Shown piece by piece: positions 1 to 15,507 of a stretch of DNA of 64,000 nucleotides; within the stretch, counting starts at the first letter, position 1; each line of letters opens with the position of its first letter. Below the pieces are notes generated by a model that was not told the DNA's origin, did no database searches, and saw nothing but the letters and a program-made list of their open reading frames with translations. The DNA is from Amoebidium appalachense (lineage: Eukaryota > Protista > Ichthyosporea). The translations under genes and the position numbers were made by a program. Location of the stretch: contig CAVNZM010000004.1 of assembly GCA_963693365.1 (NCBI GenBank), positions 8,832,468-8,896,467 of the forward strand, in the 5' to 3' direction.

Positions 1-123
1 CCTTACAAGTGGTACCAGATCAAGTGGGCAGGCAAAGATGAATCATTCACCTCTTGGGAGTGTGAGAAAGACTTAGCCTGCCCGGACAAGATCCGAGAGT
101 TCCACCAACGCAGAGGTGACTGA
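1..123 (+). CDS. C-terminal chromodomain of a Ty3/Gypsy (chromovirus) pol/integrase, 5'-truncated by the window edge
   Basis: Frame 1 reads PYKWYQIKWAGKDESFTSWECEKDLACPDKIREFHQRRGD*, matching the chromodomain pattern Y-x-(I/V)-K-W-x-G...(T/S)-W-E-x-E-x-x-L-x-C-P-x-x-I-x-E-F. It is followed by a PPT-like tract and an LTR. Not in the ORF track. Confidence 0.8.
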   Translation, partial: PYKWYQIKWAGKDESFTSWECEKDLACPDKIREFHQRRGD

Positions 124-822
124 CGTTGCATCGTTCCACGGATACATTGACTCATTGTGTGGAGCATGGTGACGTATGTCGCGGACGACATACTTCTTTT
201 TACGGTGGGGCGTGTGGTATATTATACCGGATATCTAGTATGGATGTACACAGGTTGAGATATACGCGCACGTGTACATGTATATATACCACTGTGTTTG
301 ATCTTAGGTAGGCCAGTATGCATGTCCCCCCCAGTCTTGTGCACATGAGCATGGATTTAGACATATGTGCACGTGCAGCTTGCAGGATTATTCATGGGAA
401 AACAGATATAATAGTCACATGGGACCGACACGTAGTAGAGGAACCATGAGCGTTTATGTCATAGTTTTATCATGGGAAAATATGCAAGTAGCCGTGAGGT
501 ATGACTGTGGAATGCATCGCTAGTCAAGTACTGTCACCCGATTGGCTCACTTAGTTTATTGGAACCGTGATGCCATGGGACAGAACCGTGAACCGTATGT
601 GATTGGCTCTCGTAGCCAAAAGAATATACCGATGCGCATGTCTGAGCTGCTGTGCGAGCTCCGATATAACGACATGTCGGGGGCTTCAGAGCTCACTCAG
701 TGTGCTCGGCTTACTAGGTGTAAGTAAGACTAGCACGAAACTTAGCAAAGCGTGGTCTAGTCAACCCCGTTCATTTAAAAATATATTGTTTTGTCACGGA
801 CACACGATCATTTTATACAACA
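1..822 (+). mobile_element. 3' end of a chromovirus-type LTR retrotransposon; 3' LTR at about 213-822
   Basis: Chromodomain stop at 123, then CGCGGACG..TTTTTACGGTGGGGCG (PPT-like), then TGTGGTATA at 213 and TATACAACA ending at 822 (TG...CA with imperfect terminal inverted repeats, 610 bp). The 5' LTR is outside the window. Confidence 0.7.
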
Positions 823-828
823 GTGTCA

Positions 829-906
<78 letters not shown>

Positions 907-2892
907 CACTGTGTGTGCGTGTATGCGTGTCACAATAACGGTGCGTGCACGTGTAGTCTATTTAGATCTACGGTGTGTGTGTGGGAGCGTTGTGTATATG
1001 GGTGTATATCATGGTGTGTCTGGTGTTCTCTGTATCCCGCTCTTAGCGCACTAGTTTCCGAATGATGACCGGAAAATGCACGAAAATACAGAAACTCGTT
1101 TCTTTCTAATATTTAATGGGGGGGGTTGCGGTGTAAAACGTCTTGGATCCCACTGACATTTTCAACTTTCAGATTGTGTGGAAACACCGTTGTCTTGAAC
1201 AGCATTACCGACAAACTGCCGAGGATCCAGTCTTCCACTCTTCATTTCTTTCTCTCTAGCTCTGTCTTCATTTCTTTCTCTCTAGCTTGAATCCATTGAC
1301 ACCGACAACGACTGATGTGTGACTGTCTGATGACTCCGAGAACAACTAAAGTGATCGGCCTACTACCCCCTAAACTGCATGGTTCGAGTGGTTTCAAGTG
1401 CCGTCGCGCACCCCTTGCATGGACTTGGCTGTTGGCATTCTGTACCATATTTTTGGAACTGGCGCACATATTTAAGTATGCGTAATCGCTATGAACTTTT
1501 CCAGTTATTTAAGTTATTAAAATCCTCTATTACATCTCAATCCTGATTCAATCGTTCCCTAGAAAAAAACACGGGAGGAAAAGTTGGCTAAAAAAAAAAT
1601 AAAAAAAATTGTTGGCTACGTTAACAACACAAGCAGTAGTATAGGGTGTTTATACAAGGCCCCGGAAAGTCCGCGGCAAAACGCCTTTCATTGGTTTACC
1701 CTTGGTCCTTTCCGTAGAGGTACGTGACATAAAGCCAATACGAGAATGCGAATCTGAGAGTGACGGCTTTGCCGCAATGATGTATTGCACTATAGTATAC
1801 ACAAATAAATAATCTTAAATATGTGTTGAAGGCAAGCAACGGTTCAATATAAATTACATCAATTTATGTACTTATGGACAAGACTGTATTGACAAAGCAT
1901 CATTTTCTAATAGTTAATAGTTCCATTTTCTAGTTCTATTTTAACTCGTGATCTTTTTCATTGTTAAAAAAGGCCAATCGCATCCGCCCTAGGCACCAGC
2001 AACATGCCGGTATGCTTGGGCAAAATCCGGGTTGCCGGCGAGCACCGCCTCCTGCTACTTCCTGCACCATCCTGCAAAATCATACAACTTCAGCAATGCG
2101 TGGGTGCGATTTCACTCCCCATGTCGAGCATATTGCATATCTTTCCGTCGAATAAATCCAGTCAAACAAAAAAAAAAACTATTTTCAGATTGCATTCCTG
2201 TCTCCTTGAAGTCCACCTACGTCATCAAGTCCTTTCAACCAATCGCATAATTACTTAGAAACCCATATAAGGAAATGCAAAATTACTATAAAAAAAAAGG
2301 TCGGAACTTGCGCCGTGACGAACCATGGTCAGATGGTGAATATATTCGCGTGCAACACGTGAATATGTATAAAAAGCATCAACTTATTGCTTCATCACAT
2401 ACGGAAATACAATCACACAGCTATCATATTTCAAGTGGAGCAGTGTCCATAGCAATAAATAGTGTGTAAACCCCTGAGCATGGACAAGTCAAAAAGTTTT
2501 ATTGTTAGGAGCTGTTGTTTACATTTGTGTAGGAAAAGCCCGGAATCCGAATCATAATATAATAATCATCATATGCCGGCTACAGCAGCCTCGTGTTGCT
2601 GTGACGATTGGCAGGTTCGAGGGACTCATCGGATTGGTGAGGACATCACCGCATTGTCTCTCTAGAGCGGCGAATCTTAATTGTGATTGGTGGAGCTCCG
2701 ATAGCCCGAATCCCCCAACACTTCTAAATGGGGGGGCGATCGTATGTCCGTACCTGCGCTGCCGGGAATTTTATTAGACCCGTTTCCAAATGTGTGTAAC
2801 AATATGTAACAAGTAACTACGAAAAAATGACCCTCGTTATACCAAAGTACCAATATTTCGTGCGTATTTATTGATTTCTACTATATGTAGAA

Positions 2893-2972
<80 letters not shown>

Positions 2973-3032
2973 GTCTGTAACGGAATTTTACGTGGCCTAA
3001 ATGTCGAAAAGGGAAAATCGTAAACTTTGCTG

Positions 3033-3397
3033 TTACCGATTTTGCAATTCTAACCCCTCCTTGTGATATAGCTTGGAAATGTTTATTTGGCGATGTAACC
3101 TTTGTTTCCATAAATGTTTGTGTACTTTTGTGCAGAACCTTTTTCTCGTAAACACTTAGATAGATGTATTTATTTATCTCAGCTTATTCCGTTAGAAATT
3201 AGAAGACTGGCTTATTTAGATAATCCTGATATTACGTCTATTGACCATCTGTTGAACCACTGTATGTTTAACGAGTTTCTTGGGTGTATGATTATTTAGG
3301 TCGTTATCTCCTCCGTATCCGAGAGTGAGGGCTTTTGTATTTTTCTTCTCCGAGATATCGGTGATATCTCGATGGCTCAATAAAGTCATTATAAAAA
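3033..3397. repeat. Dispersed ~370-bp AT-rich repeat, copy 1 (probable non-autonomous TE fragment)
   Basis: Near-identical to 41103-41489 (TTACCGATTTTGCAAT...TCAATAAAGTCATTATAAAAA). Contains the hairpin CGAGATATC-GGT-GATATCTCG. Confidence 0.85.
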
Positions 3398-4829
3398 TAT
3401 AATAAAAAAGAGCTGTAGTACACACATACGACTCGCCCCACACAAATGAGTTTTGGGGGATCCATAGCCCAATGGTATGCCTCTGACATGCCATTGCTGG
3501 CTCTTCCACCAATCGTTAAGGCGCAGTAAGAAGAATTAACTTTAATACACCTGATTGGTTGTTGTTAATTTAAAGTCTACTTACTCTTTAAAACAATAAA
3601 ACCATTATTTGATTTAATAAAAACGTATTGTTAAAACTTATACAGAGCATTAGTCATGCCATAAAATACCGACAACAAATACAGGAATGCGACTGCAAGC
3701 ACCAGAGATCTACTTGTAAGATTACCGTCATAATACAAACTCACCTGTGCCCTCGCCAGTGTGCAATAATAAAACAAAGCTGATATCTATTTAACCGTGC
3801 ATCTATTGTCATAAATGCATTATCTCTTCAAAGTTTTGGGGAGGGTAAACAGCAGTAGCTTATCAATCATTGGTATGGAAATAATGAGAATTATATGCCA
3901 GGTGCTTTTTTATTTACGCTGCATATGCAAGTACAGGGGGACTTAGTACGTTGATCCTCATTGAAGATAAGCAGATTGATCTTGAAAGTTTGGGCGTTTA
4001 AGACAAGATGGTGAGCTGATGGGATATCTTCAGCCTGTCCGCATTCGCAAACATATCGATGTGCTGGGGATCGTCTGTAAGTAATGCACATAACGAACGA
4101 AACATGTTGATACTGTTTTTATGCGTGCTGTATCCATGATTAGGTATTTATTCTGGGTTTATCCCGGCTGTGAAGTGCCCTTGGTGCGCGACGTATACAC
4201 TTATTGCTGAGCATAACGTTAACTGTTGCCTGACATCTAATCTTGTACGCGGATGGACTTCCCCCTACATGAGATCAGATCTGGCCTTGGCCCTATTCTT
4301 GTTCACTTCACGAGGAAGGTATGCACACCGGGCTCGGAGTGGTTTTACGTTCGACCACAACAAAACGAACTTTGAATTCTTGTGCATTGCTATATGTACA
4401 TGGGTTTCCCTTGAGAAATAATTTGTGTATTTGTGAATTATAGATACGCGTTGTACACGTTCATTTGTTTTCATTGACCCACCCTTTCCACTGCATGTCC
4501 GAAGTTCACGCATTTCATCGGCTTCCAGGTTACGGACACACTAATATAGAGATAATAAGAAAAACACAGTTGGGTTGGTTACATTTGAGTATTATTACCA
4601 ATTATTACAAAAATACTAGGACCCGCGCCTGCCTGGCTCATACTGCTCTTTGTGAGGCCTAGGCCTTTTATCCATTTCACCACTTAGTTCTTTTCTAGGT
4701 CTCCCACCCATGTCACAACACAAGTTCTACCGCATGTTTTCTTCAGGTCGCACTTGATGCACACGGCCCATTAGTCCCCCATGGAACCGGCACAAAGACC
4801 AAACCGGCCATAACACCACTTATATCATC

Positions 4830-7160
4830 ATGACTTGGAGACCGAGTTTTGACCCATCCCTCCAAAGGTTAAATTCGTCACAAAACGCGTTTTCCGAGCA
4901 GGACACGATAAGGAATGACGAGGACCAAGGTGGATTCTTACGAGGGCACGGGGAGGGTGAATGGAGACGGCGGTCGTTTGATGACAGGTTGGCGGTGGGG
5001 GAAACACCTAGGGAGAGGGAAGAGTTTTACGAATGGAGAAGGCACACGGTTGGGTCTTTCCCGGTGTCTCTGCAGGCACTGAAAGGTGGGCTCGTGTGTA
5101 CATGTCTTACCATGTTACATGTTTTCCGTGACCCGTGCCTCCCCTTCCCCCCCCCTCCCCCCTCCTAATCCTCCTCCTCCCCCCCGCCCAACCCCCCAGT
5201 GTCTATCATGTTCGGTACTTTGCTAACGATCGATGAGGGATCTGTGGGTGCCTCCCCCCCCCTCCCCCCTTCTCCTCCTCCTCCTCCTCCCCGCCCAACC
5301 CCCCAGCACCTATCATGTTCGGTACTTTGTAAACGATCGATGAGGGATCTGTGGGTGGAAGGGGGGGGGGAGGAGAGGGGTGGAGGGGAATGGTGCTAAC
5401 GAACGGTGAGGGATCTGTGGGTGGAAGGGAGCGGGAGGAGAGGGATGGAGGGGAATGGGGGGCCAGGTACAGGGGTGTGGGTGTGAAATGGGAGAGATGT
5501 GGGCGAGCTGATAGGGGCACTCAGAACGAAAACACGTCGGGAGTTTCAAAGTGCGGCGGGACTATGGTGAATACGACTATAGATGAAGCGAATTCAATAC
5601 TGCGGCAGTTCTTGTGCAAAAGATACAGTTTTTTCTTTTTTTTTCTTTTTTCTTTTCATCTCTTTCTTTGGGCAGGCATCTCTTTGAACAAGCCGGGTTG
5701 GGATTTTGTATTGCAGGTCATACGAGCACTCGCAGATCCCTTTTAGATTGTTCTTTTGGCAAGCGAGAAAGCACAACTATAGCATCCACAGTTGTGTTTA
5801 CTCAAGCGGTTGAAGGCGAAAACACGCCTTTTCCGAAAAAGAAACCCAACCACGTTGTCCACGTGATTTTGTGGTGGCTGGCGGTCATACCGTATTTTGC
5901 TGGGTTTTTTTTTTTTTTTGGGGGGGGGGGGGGGGGGATTCGTATCTTGGTGCTGTTACCTATGTCATTTTTTCTGTAATGTATGGAATCATAGGCTACT
6001 GGCACATAGCACCTCTTTCCTAGAGCTTCTCTCATGAATCATACACACCCGTGAGGCACAAATATATTATACAGTCATTGGACATCGTACATTTTTCGTT
6101 TTCTGTGACAAATAATGGTCTGGCCCATCCGGTAGACCTGGTGTGTGTGTGGGGGAGGGGGGGGGGGGGGGAGGAGGGAGGAGGTAAACTGGGTGGCTTG
6201 AACTTCGGTAAAAATTGCCCATTATCTTACTTGGGTAACCCCCCCTCCCCCCCCCCCCCCCCCCCCAAAAAAAAAAAAAAAAAAAAAACACCCACACACC
6301 CACACACACACAGAGTATGCTGTTCGTACTGCAGGCCTTACAGAGGAAGAGTTGACCATGAGCCCCCCTCCAGCCCTTCTGCCCTCCCTCAACCGATCAA
6401 GGCTCTCACTCTCCTCAAGACCAAACACACGACCTCAACAAACTGAATCGGGCTACGTGCAACAACTACTCTCCCAACAATCACCATTTATGGGCAGGAG
6501 GAACCGCAGTGCCAACGACGCACAATACCAGGCTTGGGGCGACCAAACCGGGTCGATTGGTGACCGGTCCGGTTCGAGGTTTCGACGGTCCTGGGCCGCT
6601 GATCTCGTCGTAGAACAGGGCCAAATCGGCACACCCCCACCCACCGGGCCACGGCTTCACCACCCTATTATGCCCCTCCTTGGTGGTGATGACCTTAGGG
6701 CTCCATCTCCTCTCTGGGACCGCCCGTACGGTAATTCCGGGCCAGTTGGCGGCGGTCCGAACCGACCCGAAAGACACTACAAGCCCCTTGATCTGCTCAT
6801 TAAAGCGTCGTCACATCTGGCGTCGGAGGTGGATAGAAGTATCGATCGGAGAGGTAGCGGTGGCATCAGTTCCCCCCGATCCCTATACGGGGGGGACATG
6901 TTGGATGAACCCCGGCCAAGGCAGTTATCCAAACACTCTCAAATATTCAGCCCCATCTTTGGCGAATATTCAAGCGGAATTTCGTCTTCCGGGGAGCCAT
7001 ACCCTCGTCCCAATAGGACACCATATGGAGCGGATGGGGGGGTTTCGGAGCGCAAATTCGGGTTGGATTTGTCGCAATCCGTGTCGATGGATACCGGCGA
7101 TGGATCTACGGAGCAGTTGGTGTGTGTGAACTGCAAAACGACAGAGACGGTATGGTGTCT

Positions 7161-7194
<34 letters not shown>

Positions 7195-8501
7195 TGAGGA
7201 TGAGCTCTGCTTATTATGCACACTCGTTATGTGTAATTTGCACTCGGCATCGTGTTGTCCGTTGTTTATGTGTACTTCATGCTTTATGGCGCATTTAAAG
7301 CCCTCCTTTCCCCCCCTCTTCCTTTCCCATCACTCCTCTTGGAAGTAACACGCACGGAAACTCCATGCAAAAACCCTGAAAACGCGGAGAGCACAAAGTA
7401 TTGTGGCAGCTCAAGCTGTCAGCAGGGGGGGTAGAAAGAACTGGTTAAAAAAAACAAGCATTTCCCATCATCGTTCAAAGACTTAGTGAAAAACGCATCA
7501 AAGCCAAACAACGGAACTGTTACACGTGCGCCTGTCTCTAATGGCCATTCTATGCACCTTAACAGGGGCTCTGGCGAAAACGCGAAGACTCCCACGAGAA
7601 CCTGTGCAACGCCTGTGGCCTCTACGAAAGACTGAACCGCAAACCCCGGCCCACCCACCTACACACGCAAAACTACCGTAAGAGGAGGAGGAGGGTAAAA
7701 CAGGAAAATCCACGCTCCGGCACCGCCTCCCACCGCCCGTCCCTCTGGGAGTCAACGGCCGCGGCAGCCGCTGCCACCCTTTCAGCGGCGGCACAGATGA
7801 ATCGTTCCCCCGCCGTAAAATCAGATGAGGGGGGCTCAAAGTGTGATGATCTTGCAATCGATTGGGGGGTTCGGATGGGCGGCGGCGGCGGCGGGGGTTT
7901 TGAGGAGGACAGCGCTGAAATGTCGGAATCGACGGACTCCTTGGCCGAACAGCTGCGAAATTTCGTGCGGGCCTCGCTCGATGAACCCCCACTTTCAGCT
8001 CCACCCATGAGGGGACGAAAGGAGGACAGGGATATGGTAATGGGGTTTGGGGAGAACGTCGCAAACTGTCCTAGTTCTGCACGCGACACGTCCAGCTCGC
8101 CCCGGTCTTCTGATTCCATTTTTCGATGGGACCTCCACCAATCAAAACAGCAGAATTTTCTAGCCCCGTTCAGGAGGATGTCAGCAGAGGCCGTAGGTCG
8201 AGCCCAGAACCAGGGTGAGTCTAGGGTGATTCCACGTGCCGTGCCCAGTAGGTTCTATCCCGGCAGGGGGCGGAAATTTTTGAGCAATGACAACGAGCCA
8301 ATCGGTGTGCAGGAGAAGGAGAGGGGGGTAAATTCACCCGAACAACTGGGGAGCAGGGGACAGGATTGGATGCCTAAATCGCCTCTGGAGAGGGGCCGTT
8401 ATTTCAAGAGCGGGGGGGGGTTGGGGGGGGTTGAGAATGCAAATGAGAGCACGGGGGATGGCGGGATGAAGAATGAAGATGCGGCAGAAGTGCAGGCTTG
8501 A
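4830..8501 (+). CDS. GATA-type zinc-finger transcription factor (single CX2CX18CX2C finger), about 668 aa, 3 exons
   Basis: Exons 4830-5085, 6335 (or 6344)-7149 and 7566-8501, with phase-compatible GT-AG introns. Splicing 7149/7566 gives CVNCKTTET-GLWRKREDSHENLCNACGLYERLNRKPRP followed by basic RKRRRR, and reads into ORF 7797-8501. Exon 1 is less certain. Confidence 0.9.
5204..5424. repeat. 2-3 direct copies of a ~45-bp unit in GATA intron 1
   Basis: TATCATGTTCGGTACTTTG..AACGATCGATGAGGGATCTGTGGGTG at about 5204 and 5311, partial at about 5394, separated by C- or G-rich tracts. Confidence 0.75.
7193..7300 (+). repeat. Short diverged copy of the intronic 'CCTGAGGATGGGCTCTGCTTAT' element (GATA intron 2)
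   Basis: CCTGAGGATGAGCTCTGCTTAT...TGTGTACTTC...GCGCATTTAAA between C tracts; same head and tail as module C of the 45.5-48 kb array. Confidence 0.7.
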
Positions 8502-8528
8502 ACTATTTTCACCCCCCGGGTGTTCGGT

Positions 8529-8600
<72 letters not shown>

Positions 8601-10068
8601 TAAGAGTGTGCTCAGTGCAACGGCTATTTCAACGGTGAGTCCGGTAGGCTCTCTCCAAAATTGTAATAGACATCATAAAAATGGTTTTTGTATACTATAA
8701 TTGCGCAAAACCGGGGGTGTACTTCTATGTGCGTTAAGTTATCTCAAAACTATCTCGATGTATTTCTAGCGAAAATTTGCCACTGTACATGTAGATATAA
8801 ATTCTATGGAGCCAAGAAGCCGGTGTGACTTTGGGCCCTCAGATGCACATTTCTGTTCTCAGTAGTAATTAGTCTGTTTTTCGAATTGTGAAGATCTGTC
8901 CAACACAAAAGATCGATCTCACAGTGTATCATATTCAGTCTATCTAGCGGTTAGGATATACTTTTACCGCGGCGTGTGCGAGTAAGAAAAACCCCTTGTG
9001 TATGTTGATAGGATCCTTGATCGATGTTACAGTATCTTAGACTATAGCACCTCAAGAGTTTGCTCATTTTGCGAATTTAGAAAACTTCCAAGAGAAAAAA
9101 CGTGACAAAAACACGTATAAGGAGCCGGCCCGCTGGTCCGGGCGGCATCAATCAACCATGCATCCAAACATTTTGATCAGCCTCGCCTTGTATGTCAGCA
9201 TGGTTAGGAGTTTACTTATGTGTACATATGTCATCGTGATCACCAATAATTGTGCCTGCCTGGGTGCCGGGGGGGGGGGGGGGGGGGGGGGGGTAACTTT
9301 CCATTGACTTTCTTACTCTTCACTACTTTTTCAGGAACAAATAAGAAAAAAAGCAGGTTCACCCACGCGTGTCACGTGTATCGAGATCTCTATTTGAGAT
9401 ACACACACATACGTATGCTCGGGCTATCAATGGTTTGTGTGTGTAGGTGGCCTCTGTGTCACTTTAGCAGTGAGAAGCTCACAATACATGAATTTTAAGG
9501 ATAGAGACCCACCGGCGTGGCTGGGGTGAATACTTACCCTGGCAAAGGGTGTGCGAATAGTTAGGATTGTTGAGGGTGTGTTAGCCTAGCTAATAATACC
9601 GTAGCACCCTAGCTAGAGTACTGTCGGTGCTGGGTGGAAGACGGTAGTTCCCCAGGAGGGCCCCGAGGGGTCTCTCTGGGAACAAAACGGGATAATTTTT
9701 TTTTAAATTATATACTGAAACATATGCATGTACATGTGCGCATGCACAAGGTAAGCCTCAGAACACGGTCGTGACAGCGCATGCATTGGAGAATACGTAT
9801 ACAGCGGCTTGGGTACGGAATCCACCACGTACACAAATTAGACATGTGGGCTACGGAATATGACACCAGAGGGTAACATACTCGGAATTACATGTACATG
9901 TATACCTTATCCAGATCATACCACAGCGGATTCACATCCATTATTAACATCATCTGAGATTAGTCCCCCCCCCCCCCCACCCCTCCCCCCACCCCTCCCT
10001 CCCTCCCCCTCTCTCCCCCAACACACACACCACATTATCACAGCGAATTCACATTTAATATGGATTAG

Positions 10069-10107
<39 letters not shown>

Positions 10108-10214
10108 CCACCGCACTCCGGGTTCAAGCAAAAACACATCCCAGACTTAATCAACGAGAACTTTATGTGGTTGGGCTGGTGTGAGGTTAACACGAATCAT
10201 CATCATGGGTGTGT

Positions 10215-11543
10215 ATGCCGGGCCGGCTACATGTAGGCCGTACGAGCAGATAACTGAGATTGCAAGAGGGCACTCTGCAAGTGGGTACAAGAGACTTACC
10301 ATGTATCACCAGTAGTATGGTGGCCCTGCTCGAATTATATAGGGAAATGTTTACGTACGTGTTTCTCTATTGTTTTTCGTAAATTTAGAGGCATACACAA
10401 GGGCTTTTTCTATTCGCACACTACGTTGCAATCCGATGAGACTACATGACTAAAAATCTCAGGTTCTGCAAATAGGTAAGAGTGGTATGACAATTCTGTA
10501 TCGCGATACGGATCTGAGAACCATTTGTGTATTCGAAAGATATTCACCACATAGCAATAATTGGAGTCATTGACTAAGAACAGAAATGTGTATATGTGGG
10601 GCCCAAATTTTCAAAGTCATAGCCTATTCTCGACTCAAAAGTGTTTACATCTCCAGACCCAAAGGCATATCTATGCCAGAAATACATTGAGATAGTCTTG
10701 AGATAGTACGGTACCATTGGTATGCACACATAGAGCGCTCTGTTTATGAATGCTGCTTGACTAGAGACATAAATACATCATTGCCTTTGCGCAAAAATCA
10801 ATAAGTTTTTTAAAGGTGTAAATTACACCCACCAGCCACGATGGAAAAATTTCGTTCTCATGCTCGGTGCCACTGACAACGGCCTTCCCCCCCCCCCCTC
10901 CCCTCCCCTCTCTCTCTCTCCTCCTCCCCCCCCCCCATTCCCCCCCTTCTCTCTCTCTCTCTCTCTCCCCCCCTCCCCTCTTCCCCCCCCCCCCCCCCCC
11001 CCCCCCCCCCGTGGCCCTCTACCCCCTCACGCCAGGAACATATCGCAATAAGTAAAACCTACCTACCCACCCACCACCCACATACACCCACATTCGCCTA
11101 CCCTCCATTCCTTCCCTTCACCCAAAAAAAAAAAACAGCAAAAATAAATTATTTCCACAGAGTGAAAGGTATTTTAGCATCCACAGAACCTTGCCTTCAT
11201 TCTTCATCCCACCATCCCCCCTGATTTCTTTTGCATCCTCAAACCCCCAACAACCCCCCCCCCCCCCCTCCCCCAACGACCCGGTCTCCAGAGGCGATTT
11301 AGGCATCCAATCCTGCCCCCTGCCCTCCATTTGCTCGTGTGCATTTACCCTCCTCTCCTCCTCCTGCACACCGATTGGCTCGTTGTCATTGCTCAGAATT
11401 TTCCGCCCGCTGCCGGGATAGAACCTGCTGGGTACGGCCCGTGGAATCACCCTAGACTCACCCTGGTTCTCGGCGCGACCTACGGTCTCTGAAGACATCC
11501 TCCTGAACGGGGCTCGAAAATTCTGTTGTTTTGATTGGTGGAG
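10215..11543 (-). pseudogene. Inverted duplicate (paralog or pseudogene fragment) of the GATA last-exon 3' half plus its downstream flank
   Basis: 11543-11195 (minus) aligns to 8133-8478 (ORF 11118-11498 GESRVIPRAVPSRFYPG...GQDWMPKSPLE). Non-coding blocks also match in inverted order, e.g. about 8738-8770 vs 10676-10706, 8829-8862 vs 10572-10607 and 8974-9003 vs 10391-10421. No zinc finger is seen in the copy. Confidence 0.75.
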
Positions 11544-11560
11544 ATGGAGGACGGCGGGGG

Positions 11561-11603
<43 letters not shown>

Positions 11604-11819
11604 CTACATCGGGTTAAGACACAAAATTCGAGGGCAGGGGGGAGGGGGGGGCTCGTCTCTATATTGTTGGCGGAATTGTATTCTGAAGAAATAACGAATT
11701 CGATGAGCCCCCCCCCCCCCCCCCCCCACCACTACTATCCCCCCCCCCCCCCCCTCCCCGCCGGTACCCCGCGCCGTCTTTCCCTGGAACCCCCCCCCCC
11801 CCCCCCTCTCTCCCCCCCC

Positions 11820-11935
<116 letters not shown>

Positions 11936-12699
11936 GACTTGCCGCAAAGTTCTTACTTCCGAGTGGAGCAATCATTAATTTTTCGCATGAATCCAGTGGA
12001 AGAAAAAATCTGAAAACTAAAAGTTCCGATTCGCCATCAACACGGCAGTGGTTGTGCGTCGATGAATTTCCAAACATTCGTTCCTATCCCACCCACACAC
12101 CCCCTCCTCCCCCCCCCACCCCTCTCTCCCCTCCCACCTCCTCTCCCCCTCCCCCCCCTTCCCGCTACCCCGCTCCCGACTTCCCATCCCCTTCTCCATC
12201 CCCCATCCCCCTCCCCTCCCTCCCTTCCCCCTCTCTCCCACCTTCCCCCCCTGCCGCCCCTCCCCCTTTCCCCCCCTGCCCCCCCCCCCCCCCTCCCTCC
12301 CCCCCCCCCACTGCCCCCCCCCCCCCCTCCCCCCCCGCCCCCCGGGCAGTCTTTCCTCACCCATTGAGGGTTAATCCTTACCTGCTGACTTAGGCGAATT
12401 AATTTTATTATTATTATGAAAGTCGAGTGATGCCATCAATGGATACATAGGGGTGCGTGTCCACGTACACGTGTGGGCACGGTGTTACATATGACCTCTG
12501 GACACAGGCTGAGTGAACGCACACCGCCATTATTGGCACACATAAAGGCCTTTCTTCCTGCATTTGGCATCCAAATCAAGGTTCACCTGGTCTGATTGCA
12601 GCCCCTTATTATTTGCCCTCCCCCCTCCTCCCCCCTTCTCCCCCCCCCCCCCCCCTCTCTCTCCCCCCTCCCCCCCCTTAAAAAAAAAAAAAACGACAT

Positions 12700-14140
<1,441 letters not shown>

Positions 14141-15146
14141 TTTAGGGTGGGCGGCTGGGGGGGGGGGGGGGAGGGCTGGGGGAGGGGGGGAGAAGGGGGG
14201 GGGAGGGAGGGGGGGGGGGGGGGAGTAAAATGGGGGTCGGTGTAGTCCTTCCTTGCACCTTTCATGCCAGTGGAGAGGGTTTCTATTTCAGCCTGTAATT
14301 AGTCTAGCCTCATGATTTATTTTCTTTATTTTCTGTTCTTTTCTTTTCTTTCTTTCTTTTTTCTTTCCTTCTTTTCTTTTCTTTCTTTTCTTTCCTTTTA
14401 TTTTATTTTATTTTTTATTTTTTTTTTTGGGGGGGGGGGGGGAGTGGAGGGCTGCAAGAAGGGGAGAGGAGGGGAAAGGGAGGGGTGGAGAGAGAGAGAG
14501 AGGGGGGGGGGGAGGGGGGTTGTTTTTCTCCTTCCATCTGCTTCAATGCCTGCATTCACTAGATGGTATACGTACGACTTTTCCATTCATTGGCGTAGTT
14601 GATTTACAGGCAGGTAAATCACAAGGGCAATATTTGCGTCCCGCTTCCCTGTTAAATTCTTAACACCCAACTTTCTCCAAATAGATATATCCCCGTGTGC
14701 ATGCCACATTTCTGCAAAGTAACACTATATGTCGAAAATATGTAATGTACATCAGCACACGCGCCCCTGAGTGTAATTTCGCAGTACCGTGTTGCATGAT
14801 GTATGTCACGATGTGACATAAGTGAACACAACGACACTCTGAAACCTGAGATTGGTTACCGTACAACTGAGTAAAATGAGCAAGGCGATGGATTGAAAGA
14901 CTGGACGTGTTTCCAACTTGACACACAGAGACGTATAAACCACACACCCGTATGTGTGTTCCTACATGCACACCACAACGAAAACATGAACGTGTAGGCG
15001 CCACAATACACAAACACACAAACACGCACACACGCCATGCCATGCACACACACCCACACACCCACACCCACACTCACCCACCGTCCACCCACACACACAC
15101 ACACAAATCTCTCTCCCTTCTCTCTCTCTCCCTCCCTCCCTCCCTC

Positions 15147-15177
<31 letters not shown>

Positions 15178-15220
15178 CCCCCCCCCCCCCCCTCTCTTTC
15201 TCCGTCTCTCTCTCTCTCTC

Positions 15221-15254
<34 letters not shown>

Positions 15255-15507
15255 TCTCTCTGTCTCTCTCTGTCAGTATCTGTCTCATGACCTCTCTGAC
15301 CCCTACCTCTTTGTCCCCGGCCCGCACACATAAACTCGCAGTTAAACACACTCACACACGGAAGTTGCGTGTCACGGTCCACACCCGCACACGACACATT
15401 ACACCTAAACAATCACAAACACGAGAAAACACGAGAACAGGACTGCTGGTCCTTATTATAGCTCAGTAGTGCCTCACATTAATGAAGCTTCGGCCCAACC
15501 ACATGAG

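Noticed and set aside
3891-4091. Minus ORF with CECGQAEDI..HH resembling a LINE C-terminal zinc knuckle
   Set aside because: The motif is incomplete and no RT remnant is recognisable nearby.
9530-9550. U1 snRNA-like start ATACTTACCCTGGC
   Set aside because: No downstream U1 loops or Sm site; it is simply the complement of a 5' splice-site consensus.
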